NCBI GenBank assembly: GCA_002269645.1 | Contig: NIVC01000639.1 | Location: forward strand, 4,782 to 68,781 | Source of the DNA: Macrostomum lignano | Taxonomy: Eukaryota | Reading direction: 5' to 3' | Length of the DNA: 64,000 bases | Shown: in pieces, positions 54,723-64,000 of the stretch | Numbering within the stretch: the stretch's first letter is position 1 | How the letters are laid out: each line of letters opens with the position of its first letter | Notes under the pieces: generated by a model | What the model was told of the DNA's origin: nothing | Seen by the model: the letters and a program-made list of their open reading frames with translations, nothing else | Database searches by the model: none | Translations under genes and position numbers: made by a program

Positions 54723-55338
54723 CATTTCAAGCCAGTAGAAAAGCACTGGCGGAAAGAATCGCAACTGCCAAACTGCACATTTTAACAATCATTTCCAAAT
54801 TGCAGCTAGTAACTCAGCAGTTTCAAAGCGGGTCTCTCCTCTGCTCAACAGTTTTAAAGCAGACGTGAGAAATTGCAGAAAATTTGACCGAAAGAAACAA
54901 AAGAATCGGAAAAGTCAAGCTTTGAAAGAGTAACCGCTGGAGGGCAGGAAATGCTGCAGTTGTTAACTTTGACTGGCTTGACTTTCATGAAAGCAGAGTC
55001 TCTCGAGTGGGCGGAGATGCTGCGGTCTCCCCCTCTCTCTCGCCGCCCCTCTACCCTTCATTTCTCTCGGCATTTCCAACCGCAGCGCACACTGGCAGCC
55101 CCCCCCCCAATTTCGAACTTGAAGCAGAGAGCGGCGGGGACTTCTCTTATCGCTCGCTGCACAGCCACCTGCGGCAAAATTTCCATAGCGGGCAAGCGAG
55201 GCGGCAGGGGGGGGCCGTGGGAGGCGGGCACAGGAAGTCAAGCGGCCCGAACAGATGTGTATTTATGAAGGAGTCGCTGGCAGCTGCAACTGCTTTCGCT
55301 ATTCTCTGCAAACGAAATTTCCAGGTGGTGAAAAAACT

Positions 55339-55608
55339 ATGGCCGAAGCCGAAAACGCCAAGGAGATCGAACCCGCGACCGCCGCCGATGGGCAGCAGCA
55401 GCAGCAGGCGGGAGGCATCAGGCAGCGAATCCGCGGCCTGCTGAAGAGGAAGGACCGGCAGAAGCAGCAGAAGGAGCGGCCGGATGACGCGGTGAAGCTG
55501 GGCTGCGGCGGCCTGTTCCGCCGGAAGAAGCGGGCGGAGGCGGGCGATCAGGAGTCGCAGAAGCCGGCGGAGAAGCCGAAGAAAAGCGGCAAAGGCGGCG
55601 AAGTAAAG
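55339..55608 (+). CDS. Extended profilin-like gene copy 1, exon 1 (basic/Cys-containing N-terminus)
   Basis: MAEAENAKE...GGIRQRIRGLLKRKDRQ...AVKLGCGGLFRRKKR...EVK|gtaggc; phase 0; homologous to 59544-59816. Confidence 0.8.
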
Positions 55609-55734
55609 GTAGGCGAACTGGTTGCAGTTTACTTGAGCTCATTTCCTGCTGCATGAAGTTTTACTTTTTATGATCATATCGGAGCTTTGGCCAGCATGCA
55701 TTTGCTCTGCTTGCTGATTGTACGAAGGGGCATT

Positions 55735-56195
55735 AGGGACATCAGAGACATCAGGGACATCAGGGACATCAGAAACATCAGGGACATCAGGGACATCAGA
55801 AACATCAGGGACATCAGGGACATCAGAAACATCAGGGACATCAGGGACATCAGGGATATCAGAGACATTAGGGACATCAGGGACATCAGAGACAGTAGGG
55901 ACATCAGAAACATCAGGGACATCAGAGACATCAGAGACATTAGGGACATCAGAGACATCAGAGACATTAGGGACATCAGAGACATCAGAGACATTAGGGA
56001 CATCAGGGACAGAAACATTAGGGACATCAGGGACATCAGAAACATTAGGGACATCAGGGACATCAGAAACATTAGGGACGTCAGGGACATCAGGGACATC
56101 AGGGACATCAGGGACATCAGAGACATCAGGGACATCAGGGACATCAGGGACATCAGGGACATCAGGGACATCAGGGACATCAGGGACATCAGGGT
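55735..56195. repeat. 9-bp repeat (CATCAGGGA)n in intron 1
   Basis: Direct reading. Confidence 0.96.
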
Positions 56196-56229
56196 CAGCA
56201 ATGGCCGTAGAACTCAAATTTGCTTCTAG

Positions 56230-56604
56230 GAAGAGAAGCAGGAGGTGGAGCTGCAGCCGCAGCCGCAGCAGCCAGATGCGGCCTCAGCGTCAGCGGCAGA
56301 GCCGGAGACGTCAGCGCTGGAGCAGCCGGCATCGAAAGCGCCGGCGAGACCCGAGAATCCGCCAAGGCCGCTGGTTGAACTGGCGGCGAAGTCTGCGCCA
56401 CAGCCGGACGAGGATGTCAGTGAGAAGACGGAAGAGAACGCAGCGGAAGAGAACGCAGCGGAGGAAGACAAGACGACAGTTCAGAACGGCCACGCTTTGG
56501 AGAGCGAGCCAGAGTCAGAAAATCAGCGACACGAAGAGGCGGAGCGGCAGTTCCAGCAGGCCTCGGTGGACATGGCGGACGTGACGCCGAAGCCGGGAGT
56601 GACA
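56230..56604 (+). CDS. Extended profilin-like gene copy 1, exon 2 (acidic, Pro/Ala-rich linker)
   Basis: ttgcttctag|EEKQEVEL...PARPENPPRPLVELAAK...KPGVT|gtaagg; 375 nt, phase 0/0. Confidence 0.8.
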
Positions 56605-56804
56605 GTAAGGCCTTGAGGCAAAAGTGGCGATTGCTGCCGCAACGGGTATTAGCTGATCAATAGTTTGCTGACCGCAGTATTTCATAGCTACGAGTGTTTA
56701 ATGCTTGCTTTTTTACTCGCCTCGGCTGCTGCTGTTTACTCAACTGGTGAAGGCCGCTTTTGTCGATAAGACCAATTATTGTTGACGGTTTATAGATATC
56801 AGCT

Positions 56805-57080
56805 GCGGGGTCAGGTTGGGGTCAAGCTGGGGACAGGCTGGGGTCAGGCTATGGTCAAGCTGGGGTCAGGCTGGGGTCAGGCTGGGGTCAGGCTAGGGTC
56901 AGGCTAGGGTCAGGCTGGGGTCAGGCTGGGGGCAGGCTGGGGACAGGCTGGGGACAGGCTGGGGACAGGCTGGGGACAGGCTGGGGACAGGCTGGGGGCA
57001 GGCTGGGGTCAGGCTAGGGTCAGGCTAGGGTCAGGCTGGGGTCAGGCTGGGGGCAGGCTGGGGGCAGGCTGAAGTCAGGC
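56805..57080. repeat. 11-bp repeat (GGGGTCAGGCT)n in intron 2
   Basis: Direct reading. Confidence 0.95.
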
Positions 57081-57251
57081 TGAGCGAATGCTTGATACAT
57101 GTATGAAACGCCAAGCAGTTCTACTCATAGTAGTGAAAGGAAGATATGTAGATAAATCTTGTAAAAGCGCTGCCGTATATACAGGGGGATAAAAAGACTG
57201 CTGCTTACATTATTTCTGAGAGCGCAAACATTTGGCCATTTCTGCTTTCAG

Positions 57252-57698
57252 ATTGAGCAGGGCCCGCACACGGAGATATGGTCCAGCATCATTAACAAGA
57301 GCTTCATCGGTACCGGAGCCTTCAAGCGAGCCGCGGTCTGCAGCCTGGAGTCTGGCGCCGTGCTGGCCTGCAACCCCGCTGACTTCACGCCCACCGTGCA
57401 GCAGGTGGCCGCCCTGCGCGAGAACTTCGACTGCCGCTCCGGCCTGTCCGCGGCCGGCTTCGGAGTGGCCGACACGGTGTACAGCCTGCTGGACGAGGCC
57501 GGCACCAAGGACATTCTGTGCGGCAGCGACGAATCGCGCGGCCAGACGCTGCTGGTCTGCAAAACGAAGACGGCGCTGCTGGCGGCCGCGTGCCAGGGCG
57601 CCCCGGACCGCGCCGCCGACATGCTGGGCGACATGCGGCAGCACTTCATCTCGCAGGGATGTGAGGGCTGCCCGACTGCAAGCGCCGAGTCTCAGTAA
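57252..57698 (+). CDS. Extended profilin-like gene copy 1, exon 3: profilin-like domain
   Basis: ctttcag|IEQGPHTEIWSSIINKSFIGTGAFKRAAVCSLESGAVLA...TLLVCKTKTALL...LGDMRQHFISQG follows the profilin pattern (W...GTG..AA...G; KT...; helix ending ISQG). Comparison with copy 2 suggests one missing G, so the true stop may be TGA 57662-57664. Confidence 0.8.
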   Translation: MEQGPHTEIWSSIINKSFIGTGAFKRAAVCSLESGAVLACNPADFTPTVQQVAALRENFDCRSGLSAAGFGVADTVYSLLDEAGTKDILCGSDESRGQTLLVCKTKTALLAAACQGAPDRAADMLGDMRQHFISQGCEGCPTASAESQ

Positions 57699-58582
57699 GA
57701 CGCAGCAGCACTTCAAATCTATGGAAATATTTTTAGGCATTGGTGAGGAGGATTTCCAAGTTATTTTAGCACTAGAACTCACTTCCTGAGCATTCGAAAG
57801 TGAATTTTAAAAGTACAAATTTCAGTTTATACTTAATCAAAAGTTTTCAAACGGTTAAAACTTAAACTGCAACTAATGCAGTTCCGGAAATCTTCCAATC
57901 CGATTGTAACATTAAAACAAATGTAGTTCTGCTGATTTGAAGTGTTCATCTGTCTCTGGACCCCGACTGGTTGACAGACAACATTGTGGCTTCCCATTGA
58001 CGTGTCGAATGCATGATTATTAAATTTTCATCTGCATCATTAGCCTAGCAATGAAGCCGCGCTCTGCTGCGAATGCCAGTGGCGGATTTGGTTTTTACTG
58101 TTATCGTTTTATTTACGTAATAAATTTTTAACATTTTGTGTTTCTTTTGGCTCCAATTCAAACTGTCAGCAGATTTTTATGATTAGAGCAATCAGCTGAT
58201 GATTTTGCTTTCCTAAAAAAACTAGGAATATTCGACTCTAGGATCCTACTTTTTGATTATAATATATCTGTACTCGATGGCTTATCAAATAAAAATTTAC
58301 TTTTCCTGTCTCAAGCTTCCGATATTTTATTATCATTAAAGCGGCCCAGCTCTTCAGTCAGCTCTGGTGACTGACTCGTCAGATATTGACTTTTCTGCTG
58401 TAAATGCGCGCCCAATGACTGATTGGCAGTTACCCATATCATTAACATAATGAGTTGCACCTGCGATTTTCAGCCAGATGCTATAAATAAAATTGATATT
58501 TCAGCTGAAAAATGTCAATTTTTCAAAATGCAATTTCAGCTGAAAAATACTCAACCCTTTGTTGTAATTTTCGTGAAATTCT

Positions 58583-59150
58583 CACTATGAGCAGGCCAGC
58601 TATTCTCACTATGAGCAGACCAGCTATTCTCACTATGAGCAGACCAGCTATTCTCACTATGAGCAGACCAGCTATTCTCACTATGAGCAGATCAGCTATT
58701 CTCACTATGAGCAGACCAGCTATTCTCACTATGAGCAGACCAGCTATTCTCACTATGAGCAGACCAGCTATTCTCACTATGAGCAGATCAGCTATTCTCA
58801 CTATGAGCAGATCAGCTATTCTCACTATGAGCAGACCAGCTATTCTCACTATGAGCAGACCAGCTATTCTCACTATGAGCAGACCAGCTATTCTTTACTA
58901 TGAGCAGACCAGCTATTCTCACTATGAGCAGATCAGCTATTCTCACTATGAGCAGACCAGCTATTCTCACTATGAGCAGACCAGCTATTCTCACTATGAG
59001 CAGATCAGCTATTCTCACTATGAGCAGACCAGCTATTCTCACTATGAGCAGACCAGCTATTCTCACTATGAGCAGACCAGCTATTCTCACTATGAGCAGG
59101 CCAGCTATTCTCACTATGAGCAGGCCAGCTATTCTCACTATGAGCAGGCT
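58583..59150. repeat. 24-bp minisatellite (TATTCTCACTATGAGCAGACCAGC)n between the two profilin-like genes
   Basis: About 23 copies. Confidence 0.97.
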
Positions 59151-59543
59151 ATAACTAATTAATCATTTAAGACGCAAATTATGTCATGCCATACCACATG
59201 CCCCTACGGGCCCATTGACCCGCAAGAATGATTGCGTCACGACTGCGCTGACATATTGAAACGCATGAGTCACATGAGCAGGTTAGTATCAGCAGGTGAC
59301 GCAATACCTTTGATAAGAATGCTTTGATAACGCAGCTCGTGGTGACCACACAGCCCAGACACCACGTGCTCTGCTTTCTATCAAGAGTTTTTGGCACGGT
59401 GGATTCCCGTGGCGACTCGCTTATTAGCAAGCTCAAGTTTATAAGGCCCGCTCCGGGCCGCAAGTATGCAGCAAGACAGCAGCTGGTTAACCAGCCAGAA
59501 TCAATCAATGCTCAGCGGCTTCAGCTTCAGCTTCGATTTCACA

Positions 59544-59816
59544 ATGACTGAGCAGGGCCGCTACAGCAGCGGTGAGGTCGAACCTGAGACCGTCGGCGAC
59601 GATCCGCCGCAGCAGCAGAGAAAGCAGGCAGCTGGAGGCGGCCTGAGGCAACGAATCCGCGACCTGCTGCTGAGGCGGAACCGCGACCGCAGGCGCAGGC
59701 AGCAGAAGGAGTGGCGGCCCGCTGACGACTCGGTGAAGCTGCTGGGCTTCTGCGGGTTGCTGCACCGGACGAAGCGCAGGGAGTCTGGAGCCGGCTGCAT
59801 CAAGAAGCCGTCAGAG
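59544..59816 (+). CDS. Extended profilin-like gene copy 2, exon 1
   Basis: MTEQGRYS...GGGLRQRIRDLLLRRNRDR...SVKLLGFCGLLHRTKRR...KPSE|gtaggt; 273 nt, phase 0. Confidence 0.8.
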
Positions 59817-59910
59817 GTAGGTTGGAAGCCATTTTCCTGATTCGTCAACTTTTTGGCAACTTGCCAAGGCCAGCAAATTCATTAAAGCGATGCTCGCCCC
59901 TTGCTTCTAG

Positions 59911-60480
59911 GAGCAGGAGTTGGAAGATCGGCAGCAGAGTGATTCGGCCACCAAGCCGGAGCTGTCATCGGAGCAGCCGGCGGCGTTGACAGCGCCAGCC
60001 CGACTGGAGAGTCCACCGCGGCCTCTGCTGGAGTTGGCAAAAAAAACACGGGAAGAGAAGACACCGGAAGAAAAGACACCGGAAGAGAAGACACCGGACA
60101 AGAAGACGCCGGAAGAGAAGACACCGGAAGAGAAGACACCGGACAAGAAGACGCCGGAAGAGAAGACACGGGAAGAGAAGACACCGGAAGAGAAGACACC
60201 GGACAAGAAGACACTGGACGAGAAGACACTGAACGAGAAGAGGCCGGAAGAAAAGACACCGGACGAGAAGACACCGGACGAGAAGACACCGGACGAGAAG
60301 ACAACGAAAGAAGAGACGCCCGAAAAGAAGACACCGGAAGCGAAAAAGAAGGCAACAGCGAAGAGCGGCTCCAAAAAGAAGACACCGAAGAAGAAGACAA
60401 TTGAAAAGAAGACACCAGAAAATTCGATAACGGAAGAGAACACCCCGGAAGACGCTGCAAGCATACCAGCCAAGCCAGAA
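59911..60480 (+). CDS. Extended profilin-like gene copy 2, exon 2 with EEKTP pentapeptide repeats
   Basis: ttgcttctag|EQELEDR...PARLESPPRPLLELAKK-(EEKTP/DKKTP)n...PAKPE|gtaagt; 570 nt, phase 0/0. Confidence 0.8.
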
Positions 60481-60649
60481 GTAAGTGTAATACCCAAATG
60501 GAAACAGTTATTTACTTCTCAAGACTCAGGGCCCGCTAAATTCGAAGCTCAAAACCATTCTTAATGACGACAGCATTGAATTTCTCTGAATAAACTCTGG
60601 CACGCCAGAACTAAACAAAAACGATGACGTTTACCCGCGTCAGCCGCAG

Positions 60650-61063
60650 ATGAACCTGGGCCCACACGCGGAGATGTGGTCCAGCATCATTAACAAGAGC
60701 TTCATCGGTACCGGAGCCTTCAAGCGAGCCGCGGTCTGCAGCCTGGAGTCTGGCGCCGTGCTGGCCTGCAACCCCGCTGACTTCACGCCCACCGTGCAGC
60801 AGGTGGCCGCCCTGCGCGAGAACTTCGACTGCCGCTCCGGCCTGTCCGCGGCCGGCTTCGGAGTGGCCGACACGGTGTACAGCCTGCTGGACGAGGCCGG
60901 CACCAAGGAAATTCTGTGCGGCAGCGACGAATCGCGCGGCCAGACGCTGCTGGTCTGCAAAACGAAGACGGCGCTGCTGGCGGCCGCGTGCCAGGGCGCC
61001 CCGGACCGCGCCGCCGACATGCTGGGCGACATGCGGCAGCACTTCATCTCGCAGGGGATTTGA
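60650..61063 (+). CDS. Extended profilin-like gene copy 2, exon 3: profilin-like domain
   Basis: ccgcag|MNLGPHAEMWSSIINKSFIGTG...QHFISQGI*; near-identical to 57252-57660. Confidence 0.85.
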   Translation: MNLGPHAEMWSSIINKSFIGTGAFKRAAVCSLESGAVLACNPADFTPTVQQVAALRENFDCRSGLSAAGFGVADTVYSLLDEAGTKEILCGSDESRGQTLLVCKTKTALLAAACQGAPDRAADMLGDMRQHFISQGI

Positions 61064-61512
61064 GGGCTGTGCGGCAGATGTGGAAAAGAATAGATAAGAC
61101 CATTCAACTTATTTTACGGTATTCGTTCGCATAAGTATCATTGCTGTTTTACTTCTCAGCTTTTATAAAGTAAAAGTAATGCGCTGTCTCATTTTATGAA
61201 CGCATTAAAGATAATGTTGCTAATTTCAAAGGAGCTTTGCAAGGGCGCTGCTCAAATAAACGCATTCAACGTCAGGTGAGTCTACTTCAAAACTCATGAC
61301 AAAGTATATTTGAATATCCAGTGCGCACTTGGCCAAATTTTTCAAATTCCTTCAAATGCTTGTTTCGTACTTCCTTGACTCTGCTTTAATTAACCAAACA
61401 AGCAGATGTTAAACGAAAGGACGTGTCTATGTTAAAATGCATCTGAGTGGGGTTTGAATAAAGCCGGGCAGAGCACATTATACAAAATCTCAATTGTCCC
61501 AATGCTGCTCAG

Positions 61513-63905
61513 ATGGGACTCATGAGGCCAATACCTGGCTCCGCTGTCTGCTGGCTGTTGGCTGCCTTGATATCCGGAGCAGCTGAAGCCGGGAGAACTT
61601 CCGTGGAACACCCTGGACTCTTCATCCTGCCCCTGTTTCGGCCGCCGAGTCCGCAGGAGAGGCGGGCGGTCCCGCATCCGGTAATCTGGAGCGCTCACGA
61701 AGCCGGCAGTCGCAGCCGGGCGATGCCAGCAGGCAGCCCAGCGGCCCTGGCCTGCCTACTCGACGGTCTTGGGACGAACGGCACGGCAGCGCTGGAGTCG
61801 CTCGAGTGGACGCTGGTGAGCGATGCCGGCCAGGTGACGCGGCACAGCCTCCACGGCCAGGATGGAGACTTCCGGTTCCACCTGAGCGGGAAGCTGTTCA
61901 CAGGCCGCTACAGCGCTCTGTCAGGGTCCACTCTGATTGTCTCCTCCTTGCCTGCGCGGCTGCGAGTCGGCTGCCAGTACCGAGCTGCTGGCCTGAACGC
62001 CACCGTCAGGTCCGACTGGCTGCACCTGTGGGATGAGCGGGCGGAGGTCAAGAGATGGCGGAATGCCAACCTGCACTGCGATCGCACCGTCTACAAGACT
62101 CCGGACGGTCACGACCAGACTGCGCTCGCCGTTGCCTACAGCTGCCTCGGGCTCGGGGACACCCGGCTGCTAGAGACGGCAGTTGTCGCGATGTACGCAA
62201 AAGCCGGTAAAGCCGGAACCTGTTCGACCGAAGCCGCTTCTCGAGAGAGTAAGTTCAAGATTTTTTCGAACTCATCAGAATCGGGACCGAGCTTCTTTGG
62301 AGTCGCATTCGGGGGGCGCGTTCGATTCGGTTGGGCGCTGGGAGGGGGGCAGCGAGGCCAACGCGAGCGCTCAGTCAGGCCAGCTCGACCAGACGGAGAC
62401 CTGCCTCTGCCTCATGCTGGATGCCACTCTGCCAAGCTCACGGACTGTCCAGCTTCACTATTCTGTTCCCCAGGCAGCAGCCAGCGCCTCTGTGACCGTG
62501 CCGCCGCAGCAGCCGGTGCTCATTGTGCCAATCACTCACGGAGGCCTTCCCACGGAGGTGCAGCTGGACGAGCTGCTTGACCCGCTGCCTGAACGAACAG
62601 CGCCTTGTCCGCTCCTGTGCCTGCGGCTGGACGCTGCTGCTTGCTCGCACCGATGGGCGGGTCCGGGCCGGGCCGCCGCTCCCCGAAAACCCCCGGACTC
62701 GCAGCCGCTGTCGCTGCAGCTGCGTCACTCAGACAAGCAGGCGGCTGGCATTTGGACCTGCAGCGCCCAGCTTTACCCAGCTGCGTCTGTGTCGTACGCC
62801 GTCTCTTCAAAGCCGCGTCCTGCACTGCGCGACCCTCGACTGCCTCGCCGAACTGCGGTGCTGCAATCGCAGAGCGTCATCCTGAACTGCTCACTGCTCG
62901 GCCTGGCTCAGAACGCCAGCGCCGAGTTCGACATCTACGCTTCGATTGGTGCAGCAAACTTCAGTCTGCAGAAGTTTAAGCGCGCTTCGCCAGTCGGTGC
63001 CATCGAGCTCAGTGTTAACGTGTCAGCAATCTCGTCAGTCCCAACAGGCGCCATGCTTCTCCTGCGATGCCGGGTGGGGTGCGGAGCTCAGTGAGGGGCG
63101 CTCGATCGTTGACTATGCGACAGTGAACATTCTGCCCCAACCGGAGGTGAAGTCGCTGGATGCTTGTCCCGACTCTGGCGTGCCTTGCCAGGCGGACTGC
63201 CGGTCCCCTTTCGAGTCGCAGCTTCGCTCCCTCGAACTGTCCATCTCCTACTTGTTCTACATCTACAGCGAGTCCGGCCAGCTGGAGAGGACTTTTTCCA
63301 GCTCAGGCGTGCTGCCTGACGTCAGAAGCTCCGTGGCTGGAAGCAATATTAAAGGCGTTTTAAAGCCGATTTGCCAGCAGTTTTTCCACCACATCAGCTC
63401 TCCACCAGGCCAAGCCTCAATTGGTTCAATCGGTGGCGCCTCAAAGCAGCTGGATGACTTGCTGAAGTGGTTAGTCCGGATGTCGCACCCCGTGGCTAGT
63501 CCGGAACTTTGGGATCGGCCGCTATATGGGATGCCGCAGTCTGATGATTCGCAGGGGAACTCCAGGAAGAATTCCACGGCTGAGAACAGGGCCGGCGTGT
63601 CTTCCATGATGTACGTCCTCATCAGCATCTTCGGGGTCGGCGGCCTGGCCATCTTCATGGCGGTCGGTATCGGCGTGAACGAGTGGAAAGGACGTTCGGA
63701 ACGCCGACCCGACGCTGATCTCGACGATCCCGCGCGACCGACGGACAGAAGAGCGCCGTCACGGCCTCCTCCGGGCGGCAAGCAGGCGGGCAGCAAGGTG
63801 CAGGACAAGCAAGGCGCCACTCGGAGGGATGGGGGCCGCCCGTCAGGTGGATCAGAAAGCGGCTCAAGAGGATGGGGGCTGCTCGACAGGCGGATCAGAA
63901 AGTAG
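61513..63905 (+). CDS. Probable type I membrane glycoprotein with Ig-like segments; two apparent frameshifts (~62345, ~63075)
   Basis: Signal-peptide-like CWLLAALISGAAEA; C...W and WTC/LNC/LRC beta-strand motifs; several N-x-S/T sequons; hydrophobic MMYVLISIFGVGGLAIFMAVGIGV followed by a charged tail. Three consecutive long frames hand over near G-runs. Confidence 0.6.
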
Positions 63906-64000
63906 CTCAAGAGGGATGGGGCCCGCTCAGCAGGCGTATCAGAAAGCGGCTCAAGGAGGGATGGGGCCCACTCAGCAGGCGTATCAGAAAGCGGCTCAAG
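63822..64000. repeat. ~45-bp repeat running off the window end
   Basis: GAGGGATGGGG...ATCAGAAAGCGGCTCAA recurs about four times and may encode a repetitive cytoplasmic tail. Confidence 0.85.

Overview
Eukaryotic (animal) genomic DNA, not prokaryotic: short GC-rich exons with GT-AG introns, embedded in roughly 40 separate micro- and minisatellite arrays. The style resembles the free-living flatworm Macrostomum (inference only). Most long ORFs in the supplied track are artefacts of stop-free repeat units. Supported genes: the 3' part of GPI transamidase PIG-K (1342-2269, +); an intronless class A GPCR (13486-14810, +); an ankyrin-repeat exon (24877-25339, +); a six-exon atypical class A GPCR (44341-30120, -) that lacks D2.50 and the DRY Arg, with a coding-like same-strand ORF nested in its first intron; two tandem three-exon genes encoding a profilin-like domain fused to a long basic/acidic N-terminal extension (55339-57698 and 59544-61063, +); and a probable type I membrane protein with Ig-like features (61513-63905, +). 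Mobile DNA: a non-coding LTR retroelement (451-bp LTRs, tRNA-Glu PBS, PPT) sitting at the end of the ankyrin exon, a Harbinger-like MITE inside a satellite, and a tRNA-derived CORE-like SINE. Several genes carry single-base losses in short runs, most simply explained as long-read consensus errors. All calls were made by eye with no database searches; repeat boundaries are approximate.
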